From Clostridia bacterium (GTDB lineage: Bacteria; Bacillota; Clostridia; Christensenellales; UBA3700), in assembly GCA_029060025.1 (NCBI GenBank), contig JAIDUV010000037.1, forward strand, positions 1,587 through 65,586: a stretch of DNA of 64,000 nt, read 5' to 3'. Under the pieces are notes generated by a model. It had not been told where the DNA came from. It made no database searches and was given only the letters and a program-made list of their open reading frames with translations. Numbering within the stretch: position 1 is the stretch's first letter; every line of letters starts with the position of its first letter. Shown piece by piece: positions 29,181 through 39,174 of the stretch. A program made the translations under genes and the position numbers.

Positions 29181-30218
29181 ATGAAAAGGCAAGTTAGAGT
29201 AGGAAATACGGTGATAGGCGATGGCAATGTGACTATTCAGTCAATGACGAATACCAAGACTTCGGATATTGACGGCACTGTCGCGCAAATCAAGGCTTTG
29301 GAAGACGCTGGATGTCAATTGGTGAGATGCTCCGTTCCTGATGAGGAGAGCGCAGCCGCGTTGAAGGAAATTGTCAAAAGCGTCAATGTTCCGATAATTG
29401 CAGATATTCATTTTTCGCACAAACTTGCGCTTATGTCGGCTGACGCCGGAGTAAGCAAAATTCGTATCAATCCGGGCAATATAGGCGGCGTGGATAAAGC
29501 CAAGTATCTTGCCGATTATCTCAAAGAGAGAAGCGTTGCGTTGAGAATAGGCGTCAACGGAGGCTCGTTGGACGGCGCTCACAAATCCAAGCCGTTGGCT
29601 GTCGCAATGAGAGACAGCGCGTTGGAATACGTCAGCGTATTGGAAAAGTGTAATTTCTACGACATAGTTATATCGGCAAAATCGTCCAACGTCAAGGTTA
29701 TGCTCGATACTTACAGATTGCTGGACAAGGCGTGCGACTATCCATTGCATTTGGGAGTTACCGAAGCGGGGCTTTATCACACAGGTTTGGTTAAGTCGGC
29801 TATTGGTATCGGCGCATTGCTTTGCGAGGGTATAGGAGACACGATAAGAGTATCTTTGAGTGACGATCCGGTCAAAGAAGTTGAGGCTGCAAAAGATATT
29901 CTCAAAGCGTGCGATAAATATCCTTATCCCTATTGCGAAATAATTTCCTGTCCGACTTGCGCGCGTACCAACATTGCAGTCAAGGCGCTTGCCGAGCAAG
30001 TGGAAGATATGTGCAAAGACATAAAACGTAATCTTAAAATTGCCGTAATGGGTTGCGTCGTCAATGGAATAGGCGAGTCGCAGGGCGCCAATCTCGGAGT
30101 TGCGGGCGGTAAAGATAAGTCGGCTATATTTGTTGACGGAGCATACGTAGAGAGTGTGGTGAACGACGATATATTGCAGGTGTTGAAAAGATATATATTA
30201 GAATATAAGGAAAAATAA
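29181..30218 (+). CDS. ispG: 4-hydroxy-3-methylbut-2-en-1-yl diphosphate synthase
   Basis: TIQSMTNT, the Fe-S cysteines SCPTCART, and MGCVVNGIGE. Confidence 0.95.
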   Translation: MKRQVRVGNTVIGDGNVTIQSMTNTKTSDIDGTVAQIKALEDAGCQLVRCSVPDEESAAALKEIVKSVNVPIIADIHFSHKLALMSADAGVSKIRINPGNIGGVDKAKYLADYLKERSVALRIGVNGGSLDGAHKSKPLAVAMRDSALEYVSVLEKCNFYDIVISAKSSNVKVMLDTYRLLDKACDYPLHLGVTEAGLYHTGLVKSAIGIGALLCEGIGDTIRVSLSDDPVKEVEAAKDILKACDKYPYPYCEIISCPTCARTNIAVKALAEQVEDMCKDIKRNLKIAVMGCVVNGIGESQGANLGVAGGKDKSAIFVDGAYVESVVNDDILQVLKRYILEYKEK

Positions 30219-30262
30219 TCGACACATATTCAATAAAAATAAGAAGAGTACAGAAGATATAT

Positions 30263-31861
30263 ATGCAATTTATAGACAAACTTAACGAGGCTACAAACAA
30301 CAAATACGAATTTTTGAGAATATCTAAACTCAATCTTGACGTGGGAGCAAGTTCTCTCTCTGTCGTATGCCTTTTGCCGCAAGATATCACGGAAGATAAG
30401 TTCTCGGAAAACGATAAGAAAGTCATTGAAGAGTTTTGCAGAAGTCAAGTTCCGGACACGTTTGCGCTCAAGATAGCGTTTGTAAAAAATTTGATAAATC
30501 AAGAGGCAGTATCTAAGCAAGTCTTCAACTATATATCTTTAAAACATCAGACTATTCTCACTCAAATGGACCCATCTATTACTGACGTAAAAATCGACGG
30601 TGACAGGCTGATAATTGACTTGTACGTCTACAGCACCGCACAGCATTATTGCGAACACAGCGGATTTAAAGAAAAACTTGCAAAGCATATCTACAATCAA
30701 AATTGTGTCAACAAAGTAATTGTCAATATCAAAGTGTGCAAAACCGTAGACACCGGTAAGTTGCTCAAGGAAAGAGAGGATATTAAGTATGTTGACAACG
30801 GCGAAATTGAGATAGTCGGCAACTATCATTATATGGTGGGAAAGGATATTATTCGCAAGCCGAGATACATAGAAAAATACAAAAAAGAGATGGACGGCAT
30901 TTGTGTCTGCGGCACAGTCAGCGAACTAAAGCGTGTCAATATTATTGACAAATCGTCTCCCGACAGAAGAGTGAAAAAAGTGCTGTTCAAGTTTGTTATT
31001 TCCGACTCAACCGGCAAGATGGACTGCCTATATTTTGCCAAACTTCGCAAGCCTAAGAAGGGCGAAAAAGAACATTCTACTTGTCTTGATTTGCTCAAAG
31101 ACGGTGACGACGTGGTGATATTAGGCAACTATAAATACAGCGATTTTTCTAATAAAAATGAACTTTTGGTGACAAAACTTGCTTTATGTAAGATAAATTA
31201 CGAAGCATTGGCAAAGCGTCGCGAAGACATAAAACTCGCCAACAAAATCAAGATTTTCCAGACGCCCAAAGCATACGAAGTGGATATGAATGAAAGCCTG
31301 TTGGATATGCTCGGTCATTGCGATTATATTATGAACAATAAGTTTGTCGTCTTTGACTTGGAAACGACTGGACTTAGCACCGAGACAGACGACATAATCG
31401 AGTTGGGCGCGGTCAAACTCGAAGAGGGTAAAATAGTGGAGTATTACAATACGCTTGTCGATCCAAAACGCAGTATTCCCGAAGGAGCAAGCAAAGTCAA
31501 CAATATCTATGATGCTGACGTCAAGAACTCTCCGTACATAGAAGATATATTTGGATTTTTTGTAGAGTATTGCAAAGGCTATATTCTTGTGGCGCACAAC
31601 GGCGCGGGATTTGATTTTAAGATTATAAGGCGTTTGGCAGGGCAACTCGGTTATCCGCTTTACAACGAAATGGTTGATTCTTTGACAGAGGCAAGGAATA
31701 TTCTTACCAAATCTCGACGTCATTCGCTTGAAGCGCTATGCGAACATTACGGAATCGTCAACAAAAACGCTCACAGAGCCTATGAAGATGCCGAAGCAAC
31801 TGCAAAGGTCTTTGTCAAACTTATGGACGACAAGTATCTTACCCAATCCACGCCCAAATAG
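30263..31861 (+). CDS. PolC-like N-terminal domain + OB fold + DEDDh 3'-5' exonuclease protein, lacking PHP and polymerase modules
   Basis: Exo motifs FVVFDLETTGL (ExoI), LVAHNGAGFDFKII (ExoII) and HRAYEDAEATAKVF (ExoIII, DEDDh). Upstream is an OB-like segment (ICVCGTVSELKRV...VVILGNYKYS) collinear with the B. subtilis PolC OB domain. The gene is only 532 aa and sits in the polC synteny slot between ispG and rimP. Confidence 0.75.
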   Translation: MQFIDKLNEATNNKYEFLRISKLNLDVGASSLSVVCLLPQDITEDKFSENDKKVIEEFCRSQVPDTFALKIAFVKNLINQEAVSKQVFNYISLKHQTILTQMDPSITDVKIDGDRLIIDLYVYSTAQHYCEHSGFKEKLAKHIYNQNCVNKVIVNIKVCKTVDTGKLLKEREDIKYVDNGEIEIVGNYHYMVGKDIIRKPRYIEKYKKEMDGICVCGTVSELKRVNIIDKSSPDRRVKKVLFKFVISDSTGKMDCLYFAKLRKPKKGEKEHSTCLDLLKDGDDVVILGNYKYSDFSNKNELLVTKLALCKINYEALAKRREDIKLANKIKIFQTPKAYEVDMNESLLDMLGHCDYIMNNKFVVFDLETTGLSTETDDIIELGAVKLEEGKIVEYYNTLVDPKRSIPEGASKVNNIYDADVKNSPYIEDIFGFFVEYCKGYILVAHNGAGFDFKIIRRLAGQLGYPLYNEMVDSLTEARNILTKSRRHSLEALCEHYGIVNKNAHRAYEDAEATAKVFVKLMDDKYLTQSTPK

Positions 31862-32033
31862 AGCGCATCTAAATGCGTACTTCGGTCGTCTTTTGCGCGG
31901 CGCTCGGTCGACGTACATATAATAGTACACCTTGACCTCAACTCCGCTACAAAATCCAACGCAAATTACGTCATTTAGACGTTATGCGATTTTATAGATA
32001 AAATTGCGCTCTATATGAGCGCGTATTGGGTGG
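31843..32033. repeat. ~190-bp nested inverted-repeat (long imperfect hairpin) element R2
   Basis: Perfect 10-bp outer arms ATAGAGCGCA (31858-67) and TGCGCTCTAT (32005-14). Inner arms TCTAAATG (31868-75) and CATTTAGA (31972-79) are flanked by CGTA and TACG. The centre holds ACGTACAT...AGTACAC (31911-30). Confidence 0.6.
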
Positions 32034-32112
32034 AATTCTGGTTGAGTTTAGAGTTAATAATTTGGTGAATGCTTTATATTTTATTTATTATTAAATAAAT
32101 AGTATAAAACAG

Positions 32113-32141
32113 TTGCGCTCGGCAAATAAATATGGTATATT
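32113..32141 (+). promoter_or_regulatory. Sigma-A-type promoter of the rimP-nusA-infB operon (TTGCGC-N17-TGgTATATT)
   Basis: TTGCGC at 32113-18 and an extended -10 TGGTATATT ending at 32141. The leader carries an 8-bp hairpin AGCGACTG/CAGTCGCT at 32166-88. Confidence 0.5.
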
Positions 32142-32264
32142 ATTAGTGCAATAGTAGATTACTAGAGCGACTGTATTACGCAGTCGCTTAAATTATAAGA
32201 GCCTAATAATAAGTTCGTTTACTTGCGTCACTTATTCAGAGTCTCTTTAGAGAGGTAATAGATA

Positions 32265-32738
32265 ATGTCAAAGATAACCGATTCGGTAAAACAACTCGTC
32301 GAGCCTATCATAGCCGCCAACGCTATGGAACTTGTCGACGTTGAGTACAAAAAATTATACGGACAGGACACCTTGATAATCTATATCGACAAGGACGGCG
32401 GAGTAGATCTCAACGATTGCGAATTGATACACAACGCTATCGACGCGCCTCTTGACGAACTTGACCCTACCGGCGGAACGCCTTATAATCTCAACGTGTC
32501 CTCTCCCGGTATTGACAGACCGCTTAAGACGGCGAGAGACTTTGCAAAAAAGATGGGACTTGAGATGGAAGTTTCTCTATACAAACCTCTTGCAGAACTG
32601 GGAAAGTTAAAAAAATTCAATGCTATTCTTCTCGGCTACGACGAAAATAATCAAGAAGTCGAGTTGGAATATAAATCAAAAAACCTAAAACTTAATATAA
32701 AAGATATAGCCGTAATAAGAGAGGCTATACACTTCTAG
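32265..32738 (+). CDS. rimP: Ribosome maturation factor RimP
   Basis: The size, the position directly upstream of nusA, and the LNVSSPGIDRPLK motif. Confidence 0.9.
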   Translation: MSKITDSVKQLVEPIIAANAMELVDVEYKKLYGQDTLIIYIDKDGGVDLNDCELIHNAIDAPLDELDPTGGTPYNLNVSSPGIDRPLKTARDFAKKMGLEMEVSLYKPLAELGKLKKFNAILLGYDENNQEVELEYKSKNLKLNIKDIAVIREAIHF

Positions 32739-32747
32739 GAGGACAAA

Positions 32748-33821
32748 ATGATCAACAAAGATTTCTTTCAAGCGCTTGACGCGCTCGAAAAAGAAAAGAG
32801 AATCGAGCAACAACAGTTTATCGACGCGCTTGAGACAGGACTTGCAGTAGCGTACAAAAAAGAAAACGGAAAAGCAAAATCCGTTATGGTTGCGCTCAAT
32901 CCGCAGAGATCGGAGATAAAAATTTATGCTTATCAGACTGTTGTCGAAGAAGTCGAAGACGAAGAGAAGCAAATTTCTCTTCAGGACGCAAAGGCTATCA
33001 AAAACAGTTATAAAGTGGGAGACCTTGTCAAAGAAGAACTCTCGCCAAAACTCTTTTCGCGTATTGCGGCTCAGACTGCAAAGCAAGTGATCATTCAACG
33101 CAACAATGAGATACAAAAAGAACTTATAAAGGACGAGATGAACAACAAAGAGGGCGAAATCGTCAAAGGTATTGTAAGAAGAGTTGAAAACGATACCGTA
33201 TACTTGGAGATGGCGGGAACTCAACTTGAAGGCGTGATGTTGCCATCCGAGCAGATAAGAGGCGAGAAGTACAACGTCAACGACGTAATCAATGTATACG
33301 TCAAGAGCGTACGCACCAATCAAAGAGGCGCAACTCAAGTAATGGTATCGAGAGCAAGCAACGGCTTTGTCAAAAAACTCTTTGAAATGGAAGTGCCTGA
33401 AATCAAGGCTAATCTCGTCAATATCAAGAGAATTGTCAGAGAGGCAGGCTACCGTACTAAGATGGCTGTATATGCAGAGGATTCTTCTATCGACGCAGTA
33501 GGCAGTTGTATAGGTCAAAAGGGTATGCGTATCAACAGTGTCGTTCAAGAACTCGGCGGCGAAAAAATTGATATAATAGGATATAGCCAAGATATGGGCG
33601 AGTATATCTCCAGAGCGTTGTCTCCTGCAAAAGTAATCGCAGTGATGCTCAATCCCGAAGAAAAGAGCGCAAAGGCTATTGTCGAAGACGACAAACTTTC
33701 GCTTGCTATCGGCAAGTCTGGTCAAAACGTAAGACTTGCTGCAAAACTCACGGAGTGGAAGATAGACGTCAAGCCGTATTCTTCCTTGGCAGGCAACGAT
33801 ATCAGTGATATAGGCGAATAA
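32748..33821 (+). CDS. nusA: Transcription termination/antitermination factor NusA
   Basis: S1 domain (GEIVKGIVRRVE) and KH domains (GQKGMRINSVVQELGGEKIDII, AIGKSGQNVRLAAKLT). Confidence 0.96.
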   Translation: MINKDFFQALDALEKEKRIEQQQFIDALETGLAVAYKKENGKAKSVMVALNPQRSEIKIYAYQTVVEEVEDEEKQISLQDAKAIKNSYKVGDLVKEELSPKLFSRIAAQTAKQVIIQRNNEIQKELIKDEMNNKEGEIVKGIVRRVENDTVYLEMAGTQLEGVMLPSEQIRGEKYNVNDVINVYVKSVRTNQRGATQVMVSRASNGFVKKLFEMEVPEIKANLVNIKRIVREAGYRTKMAVYAEDSSIDAVGSCIGQKGMRINSVVQELGGEKIDIIGYSQDMGEYISRALSPAKVIAVMLNPEEKSAKAIVEDDKLSLAIGKSGQNVRLAAKLTEWKIDVKPYSSLAGNDISDIGE

Positions 33822-33822
33822 T

Positions 33823-34089
33823 ATGAAAAAACCGCCTGTGAGAATGTGTATCGCGTGCAGAAACGCATACGAGAAAAAGCAAATGTTGAGAATTGTAAAA
33901 GACAAGGACGGCAATATCTCCTTGGATTTCACAGGTAAAAAGGCAGGCAGAGGAGCGTATATTTGCGACAGCGCCGCTTGTATAGAAAAGTGCGTCAAGA
34001 ACAGGCTACTCAACAAAAACTTTGCTCAAGAGATAGCCCCCGAGGTGTACGATGCAATTAAAGAGCAATACGGAAATAGGCAAGATTGA
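33823..34089 (+). CDS. ylxR: YlxR/RnpM family RNA-binding protein (DUF448)
   Basis: RMCIACR and GRGAYIC motifs. Confidence 0.9.
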   Translation: MKKPPVRMCIACRNAYEKKQMLRIVKDKDGNISLDFTGKKAGRGAYICDSAACIEKCVKNRLLNKNFAQEIAPEVYDAIKEQYGNRQD

Positions 34090-34363
34090 TTGTTATATCA
34101 ATTTTGCGGTAAGAGCGGGCAAAGTGATTTGGGGAGTGGATAATCTCGAGAGAGCAAAACGCGCTCCGCAACTGATACTTGTAGACGAATCTTTAGGAGC
34201 AAACAGCGCAAAGCAACTTTCGCTCTATTGCCAAAGAAAGAATGTCGAGAGTTTGACTCTGCCTATAGACTATCTCAACAACCTTCTCAAGAGAAGTAAT
34301 ATAAAAGTTTTGTCCATTACAGACGAGTCGTTGGCAAACGCAATAATCAGATATTGCCAATAA
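34052..34363 (+). CDS. ylxQ: L7Ae-family RNA-binding protein YlxQ
   Basis: INFAVRAGKVIWG resembles the YlxQ N-terminus. The gene sits between ylxR and infB. The start is uncertain because it overlaps the ylxR 3' end by 38 nt. Confidence 0.75.
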   Translation: MQLKSNTEIGKIDCYINFAVRAGKVIWGVDNLERAKRAPQLILVDESLGANSAKQLSLYCQRKNVESLTLPIDYLNNLLKRSNIKVLSITDESLANAIIRYCQ

Positions 34364-34430
34364 CAACGACAAAATATACAGAGCGCAATGCTCTGGCGGG
34401 TACCGCAAATTAAAGACGGAGGTGGTTTTT

Positions 34431-36929
34431 GTGAACAACGAAAACAAAAATGAACAATTTAAAAGTTTGAAGGAGATCGACTCGTTTTTGAGAGACGTGT
34501 CCAAGCCTTTCATTGCTCAAATTGTCGAGGCTAAGAATAAGATTAAAGAACTTGAAGAAAAAGTCAACACTTTGAAGCAAGAGAGATTGGCTGCGATTTA
34601 CGAGCAACAGCAGGCAGAAGAGGCGCAGGCTCAAGATCAGTCAATCGAGAGTGAAATATCCGTTGACGAAGAAATCAACTTGGCGCAAGATGGCGCAGAC
34701 TCAAAGCAAGAAGAGACTCCGTCGGCAAAAGTAGAAGCCGAAACCGTTGATAAAAAAGCCGCGCCAGTTGCTCCTCAAAAAGAGGCTCAGAAGACGCAAA
34801 CGTATATCAATCCCGATATGGTGCGTCGTGGCAACAGAGACAACAACCGTCCTCAATTTGATAAAAACAGACCTGGCGGCGGACAGCAAAGACCCGTCGG
34901 ACAAGGCGGCGCAAGACCTTTTGCGCCTAAGGGTAGAGTGGAAGTCGTTGCTCCCGCTCCTGTAAACAATAAGACGGACAATAAAAAGAAAAAAGACGTC
35001 AAGACTTCTTTTGGCAAAGACGAGAAGAAGGGAATGACCAAAAGAGACCTTTTGAAGAGAGGTTATGCTTACGATTCGACGCTTGAAGACGATAGCGATA
35101 CCGCAAGATACGTCAAGGTCAAGAAGTCCAAGAAAGACATCAATACTCCTCAATACGTCAAGATAGATCACGCCGTGCTTAATAGCGAACGCGTGCCAAT
35201 CAAAGTTTTCAGTGAAAAGATAGGTAAATCTGCTACGGAAATAGTCAAAAAGTTGTTTGATATGGGTAAGTTTGCAACAATCAACGATATGATTAGTTTT
35301 GAAGAGGCAGAACTTATTGCGATTGATTACGATATTACGTTGGAACTCAAAGCCGACAAGAGCGCAGAAGACAAACTCAAGGATATAATCGATACGCAAG
35401 TAGACAACACAAAACTCGTCAAGAGACCGCCTATCGTAACGATTATGGGGCACGTTGACCACGGTAAAACTTCGCTTCTCGACTATATCCGCAAAGCAAA
35501 CGTAGCAGGCGGAGAGGCAGGCGGTATTACTCAGCACATAGGCGCGTATACGATAGACCTCAACGGCGAGAAGATTACTTTCCTTGATACTCCGGGACAC
35601 GAAGCCTTTACGGCAATGAGACAGAGAGGCGCAAACGTTACTGATATTGCTATCATAGTAGTTGCTGCCGACGACGGAATTATGCCGCAGACAATTGAGG
35701 CTATACATCACGCAAAGGCTGCAAAAGACGTATCAATTATCGTCGCAGTAAACAAGATTGATAAGACCAACGGCAATTATGACAGAATTTTGCAACAGTT
35801 GGCTGACAATGAAATTTTGGCTGAAGCGTGGGGCGGTGATACGATAGTATGTCCGGTAAGCGCAAAGACAGGTCAAGGCGTAAAAGAACTTCTTGAAAGC
35901 GTACTTTTGGTGGCAGAAGTCAATGAATACAAGGCAAACAAGAAATGTTCGGCAACAGGCTCTATCATTGAGGCAAGTCTTGACAAGGGCAAAGGTCCTG
36001 TTGCAACAATTTTGGTTCAGAACGGTACTCTCAAAGTATCTGACTACGTCGTTGCCGGTACCGCTATAGGTAAGATAAGAGATATGACGGATTACAACGG
36101 CAAGAGAGTTAAAGAGGCTTTTCCGTCTTATGCCGTGCAAGTTCAAGGCTTTTCCGAAGTGCCTAAGGCAGGTGATTTGATGGTTGTCGTCAAAGACGAA
36201 AAACTGGCAAAGAAAGTTGCTCAAGAGAGAGCGGACAAAGAAAGAGCGGAGATGCAGGCATTCAGTTCTATTAGATCTATCGACGATATTTTCGGTGACG
36301 GAAAGGATATGAAGTCACTCAACCTCATTATCAAAGGTGACGTGCAAGGTTCTGTTGAAGCAGTCAAAGCCTCGCTTCTCAAACTCAATGACGAAATGGC
36401 TGAAAAGAAAGTCAAACTCGCCGTTGTACACAGCGCAGTCGGCGCAATCAGCGAGTCGGATATAATGCTTGCCGATACTGCAAAAGCAATAATTATTGCT
36501 TTCAACGTCAAGGCGGAAACAAAGGCTCAAGTGCTTGCTGAAAGAAATAAGATTGATATAAGAAGATACAGCATAATCTATGACGCAATCAACGATATGA
36601 CGAGAGCGCTCAAGGGTATGCTTGACCCGATATATAAAGAAGTCAGTCTCGGCGAAGCAGAAGTTAGAGCAACTTTTAGAATTTCTTCGTTTGGTACTAT
36701 TGCGGGCAGTTACGTCACAAAGGGCAAAGTTGCCAGAAATTCCAAAGTCAGAGTTGTCAGAGACGGCATTATTATCTTTGAAGGCGTGCTTACCTCGCTT
36801 AAGAGAGAAAAGGACGATGCAAAAGAAGTTGCAAGCGGATACGAATGCGGTATCGGTCTTGAAAAATTCAATGACGTTAAGATTGGTGATATAATCGAAA
36901 GTTACATTTTGGAGCAAATCGAACAATGA
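34431..36929 (+). CDS. infB: Translation initiation factor IF-2
   Basis: [24 protein letters not shown]. The GTG at 34431 (8 nt after GGAGG) is preferred over the GTG at 34422, which overlaps the Shine-Dalgarno sequence. Confidence 0.95.
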   Translation: MNNENKNEQFKSLKEIDSFLRDVSKPFIAQIVEAKNKIKELEEKVNTLKQERLAAIYEQQQAEEAQAQDQSIESEISVDEEINLAQDGADSKQEETPSAKVEAETVDKKAAPVAPQKEAQKTQTYINPDMVRRGNRDNNRPQFDKNRPGGGQQRPVGQGGARPFAPKGRVEVVAPAPVNNKTDNKKKKDVKTSFGKDEKKGMTKRDLLKRGYAYDSTLEDDSDTARYVKVKKSKKDINTPQYVKIDHAVLNSERVPIKVFSEKIGKSATEIVKKLFDMGKFATINDMISFEEAELIAIDYDITLELKADKSAEDKLKDIIDTQVDNTKLVKRPPIVTIMGHVDHGKTSLLDYIRKANVAGGEAGGITQHIGAYTIDLNGEKITFLDTPGHEAFTAMRQRGANVTDIAIIVVAADDGIMPQTIEAIHHAKAAKDVSIIVAVNKIDKTNGNYDRILQQLADNEILAEAWGGDTIVCPVSAKTGQGVKELLESVLLVAEVNEYKANKKCSATGSIIEASLDKGKGPVATILVQNGTLKVSDYVVAGTAIGKIRDMTDYNGKRVKEAFPSYAVQVQGFSEVPKAGDLMVVVKDEKLAKKVAQERADKERAEMQAFSSIRSIDDIFGDGKDMKSLNLIIKGDVQGSVEAVKASLLKLNDEMAEKKVKLAVVHSAVGAISESDIMLADTAKAIIIAFNVKAETKAQVLAERNKIDIRRYSIIYDAINDMTRALKGMLDPIYKEVSLGEAEVRATFRISSFGTIAGSYVTKGKVARNSKVRVVRDGIIIFEGVLTSLKREKDDAKEVASGYECGIGLEKFNDVKIGDIIESYILEQIEQ

Positions 36930-37300
36930 ACAGATACGAAAGAATCAATGCGGAACTGAAAAAACAACTTTCGATAATTTTGCGCGAGGGAGTCAATGAC
37001 CCGCGCGTTGCAGGCAAAATGATATGCGTAACAGATACGCAAGTCGACAGAGATCTTACGCTTGCGCAAGTATATATCAGTATATTGGGAGCAAGCGGCA
37101 ACGAAAAAGAAGTGCTAGACGGACTTCATAGCGCAGAAGGCTATATCAAGTCGCGTCTTAAGAATTTGATTAAGTTGCGCAATATGCCGTCACTTAGATT
37201 TAAGTTGGACACTTCACTTGATTACGGAATGAAGATATCCAAAATAATAGACGATATTCACAAAAAAGAAAACGCTGCGTCGGAGGATGGCGAAGAATAA
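36926..37300 (+). CDS. rbfA: Ribosome-binding factor A
   Basis: RINAELKKQLSIIL N-terminus and ATGA overlap with infB. Confidence 0.93.
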   Translation: MNRYERINAELKKQLSIILREGVNDPRVAGKMICVTDTQVDRDLTLAQVYISILGASGNEKEVLDGLHSAEGYIKSRLKNLIKLRNMPSLRFKLDTSLDYGMKISKIIDDIHKKENAASEDGEE

Positions 37301-38268
37301 TGTACGAAGAGTTTATAAAAGCCGTTGACAATAGCAAAATTATATGTCTCATATCCCATCAAAATCCCGACGGTGACACTTGCGGAAGCGCATTGGCGCT
37401 TTATAGAGCGTTGAAGTTGTACGGAAAAGAGCAAGTATATATCTATTGCGACAGTGTTTTTAGAAATTCTCTTAATGTATTGGAAGGTATTGACGAGTAT
37501 AACAAATTGCGTATCGACAAGTGCGATCTTGCGATAGCGTGCGACTGCGCGGAATACGACCGTATGGGCGGATACCTAGAACTTTTCAACAAGGCTAGGT
37601 TTCGCGTCAATATAGACCATCACAAGACCAACAGTAAGTATGGCAATATCAATATTATTGAGCCGGGCGTAAGCGCAACTTGCGAGGTTATGTATAAGAT
37701 AATCAAGGCGTTGGATCAAAAGAAGGCTTGTCTGGACGATACCGTAGCCAAGTTGCTATACAGCGGATTGGTGACTGACAGCGGAGGTTTTTCTTTTTCT
37801 AACGTATCAAGTCAAACGCACGAAATCGCATCGAAACTCATAGCATACAATTTTTCGGCAAGTGATATTTGCGAGCATTTTTTGAAGAAAGTGTCATTCA
37901 ACGTTTTTAATTTGAGAATGAGAGTGCTTTCCAAAGCCAAATTTTTTGAAGACGGCAAGATAGGTCTTATATACTTTTCTCAAGAAGATTTTCTTGCGAC
38001 CGATACTGCGCCTGAAGATACCGAAGGCGCGATAAATTATATCAGAGACATTGATGGCGTCGAGGTTGCAGTGGCTATCACTCAGACGAGACAAAGCAAT
38101 TCTTATAAAATTAGCGTTCGCACGAGTGACAGAGTTGACGCATCGAGAATTGCCTCCGTGTTTGGCGGCGGCGGTCATAAGAATGCGGCAGGCTGTCGGA
38201 TTTCGGGCTTTTATGAGGATGTAAAGGACAAACTTCTCAAAGCGTGCTCGGACGAATTATATCAATAA
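37300..38268 (+). CDS. nrnA: DHH/DHHA1 phosphoesterase (bifunctional oligoribonuclease/pAp phosphatase NrnA)
   Basis: HQNPDGDTCGSALAL, NIDHH, GGGGHKNAAG. Confidence 0.9.
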   Translation: MYEEFIKAVDNSKIICLISHQNPDGDTCGSALALYRALKLYGKEQVYIYCDSVFRNSLNVLEGIDEYNKLRIDKCDLAIACDCAEYDRMGGYLELFNKARFRVNIDHHKTNSKYGNINIIEPGVSATCEVMYKIIKALDQKKACLDDTVAKLLYSGLVTDSGGFSFSNVSSQTHEIASKLIAYNFSASDICEHFLKKVSFNVFNLRMRVLSKAKFFEDGKIGLIYFSQEDFLATDTAPEDTEGAINYIRDIDGVEVAVAITQTRQSNSYKISVRTSDRVDASRIASVFGGGGHKNAAGCRISGFYEDVKDKLLKACSDELYQ

Positions 38269-38288
38269 TAATATGAAGGTAAATTATT

Positions 38289-39167
38289 ATGAACGGATTT
38301 GCAGTAATAAATAAAGGACTTGGAATATCTTCCAGCGACGTGGTAATCAAATGCAGAAACGCTCTAAGTCGCGCTATCAACAAAAAGACAAAGTGCGGAC
38401 ATATGGGCACTCTTGACCCTATGGCAGAGGGCGTATTGATAATAGCCTTTGGCAATGCTACGAGGCTTTTTGATTATTTGCTTGCAAAAGAAAAGTCGTA
38501 TGAAGCCGTCTTTACTTTTGGCGAGGCGAGAGATACGGTGGACAGAGCGGGCAAGATAATCGCAACTTCCGATTTGCCGCAGTATCAAAAGGTGCTTGAG
38601 GTATTGCCTAATTTTGTAGGCGAAATCTCTCAAGTTCCGCCAAAATACAGCGCGGTCAATGTCAACGGTCAGCGCGCTTACGATATGGCAAGAGCCGGCA
38701 AGGACTTTCAACTTGAAGCAAAAAAGGTTACGGTAAAGGACATCACAGTCTTGGACAAGACTCTCATTGGTGACGCTTGCCAAGACGTAAAAGTATCGGT
38801 GACTTGCGGTAGCGGTACTTATATCAGAAGCCTTTGCAGTGATATTGCAAGAGAAGCAGGCGTATGCGGATATATGTCCAAGTTGACGAGAGTGACTTGC
38901 GGCGGATATACGTTGCAAGATAGCGTCACTTTGAATGACTTTATTAAAAATCCTCTTGACAACGTGCGCAACGTAAAGGGACTTTTGCAACAAGTTATGC
39001 CAATTATTCAACTTGATGACAAGTCGTATATTAAACTTCGCAACGGAAGATGTATAGACAGCGATTTGGAAGAAGGTACTTACGGCGTTGAATACAACTC
39101 AAACGTGTGCTTTATCATCAACGTAAAGCGCGGTAAAATGAAATCTGTCTGTTATTTGCAAGACTGA
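38289..39167 (+). CDS. truB: tRNA pseudouridine(55) synthase
   Basis: GHMGTLDPMAEGVL catalytic Asp motif and QVPPKYSAV. Confidence 0.95.
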   Translation: MNGFAVINKGLGISSSDVVIKCRNALSRAINKKTKCGHMGTLDPMAEGVLIIAFGNATRLFDYLLAKEKSYEAVFTFGEARDTVDRAGKIIATSDLPQYQKVLEVLPNFVGEISQVPPKYSAVNVNGQRAYDMARAGKDFQLEAKKVTVKDITVLDKTLIGDACQDVKVSVTCGSGTYIRSLCSDIAREAGVCGYMSKLTRVTCGGYTLQDSVTLNDFIKNPLDNVRNVKGLLQQVMPIIQLDDKSYIKLRNGRCIDSDLEEGTYGVEYNSNVCFIINVKRGKMKSVCYLQD

Positions 39168-39174
39168 ACGTAAA

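Noticed and set aside
32685-34016. 443-aa minus-strand ORF
   Set aside because: It is antisense to nusA/ylxR and has shadow-ORF composition, no Shine-Dalgarno sequence and no domain signature.
34701-35711. 336-aa minus-strand ORF, and other 100-250-aa antisense ORFs (for example 29241-29999, 40058-40852, 41396-42037, 42047-42685)
   Set aside because: All are antisense to well-supported housekeeping genes (infB, ispG, the TIM-barrel gene, pepP, efp). No motifs were found. They are interpreted as non-coding shadows.
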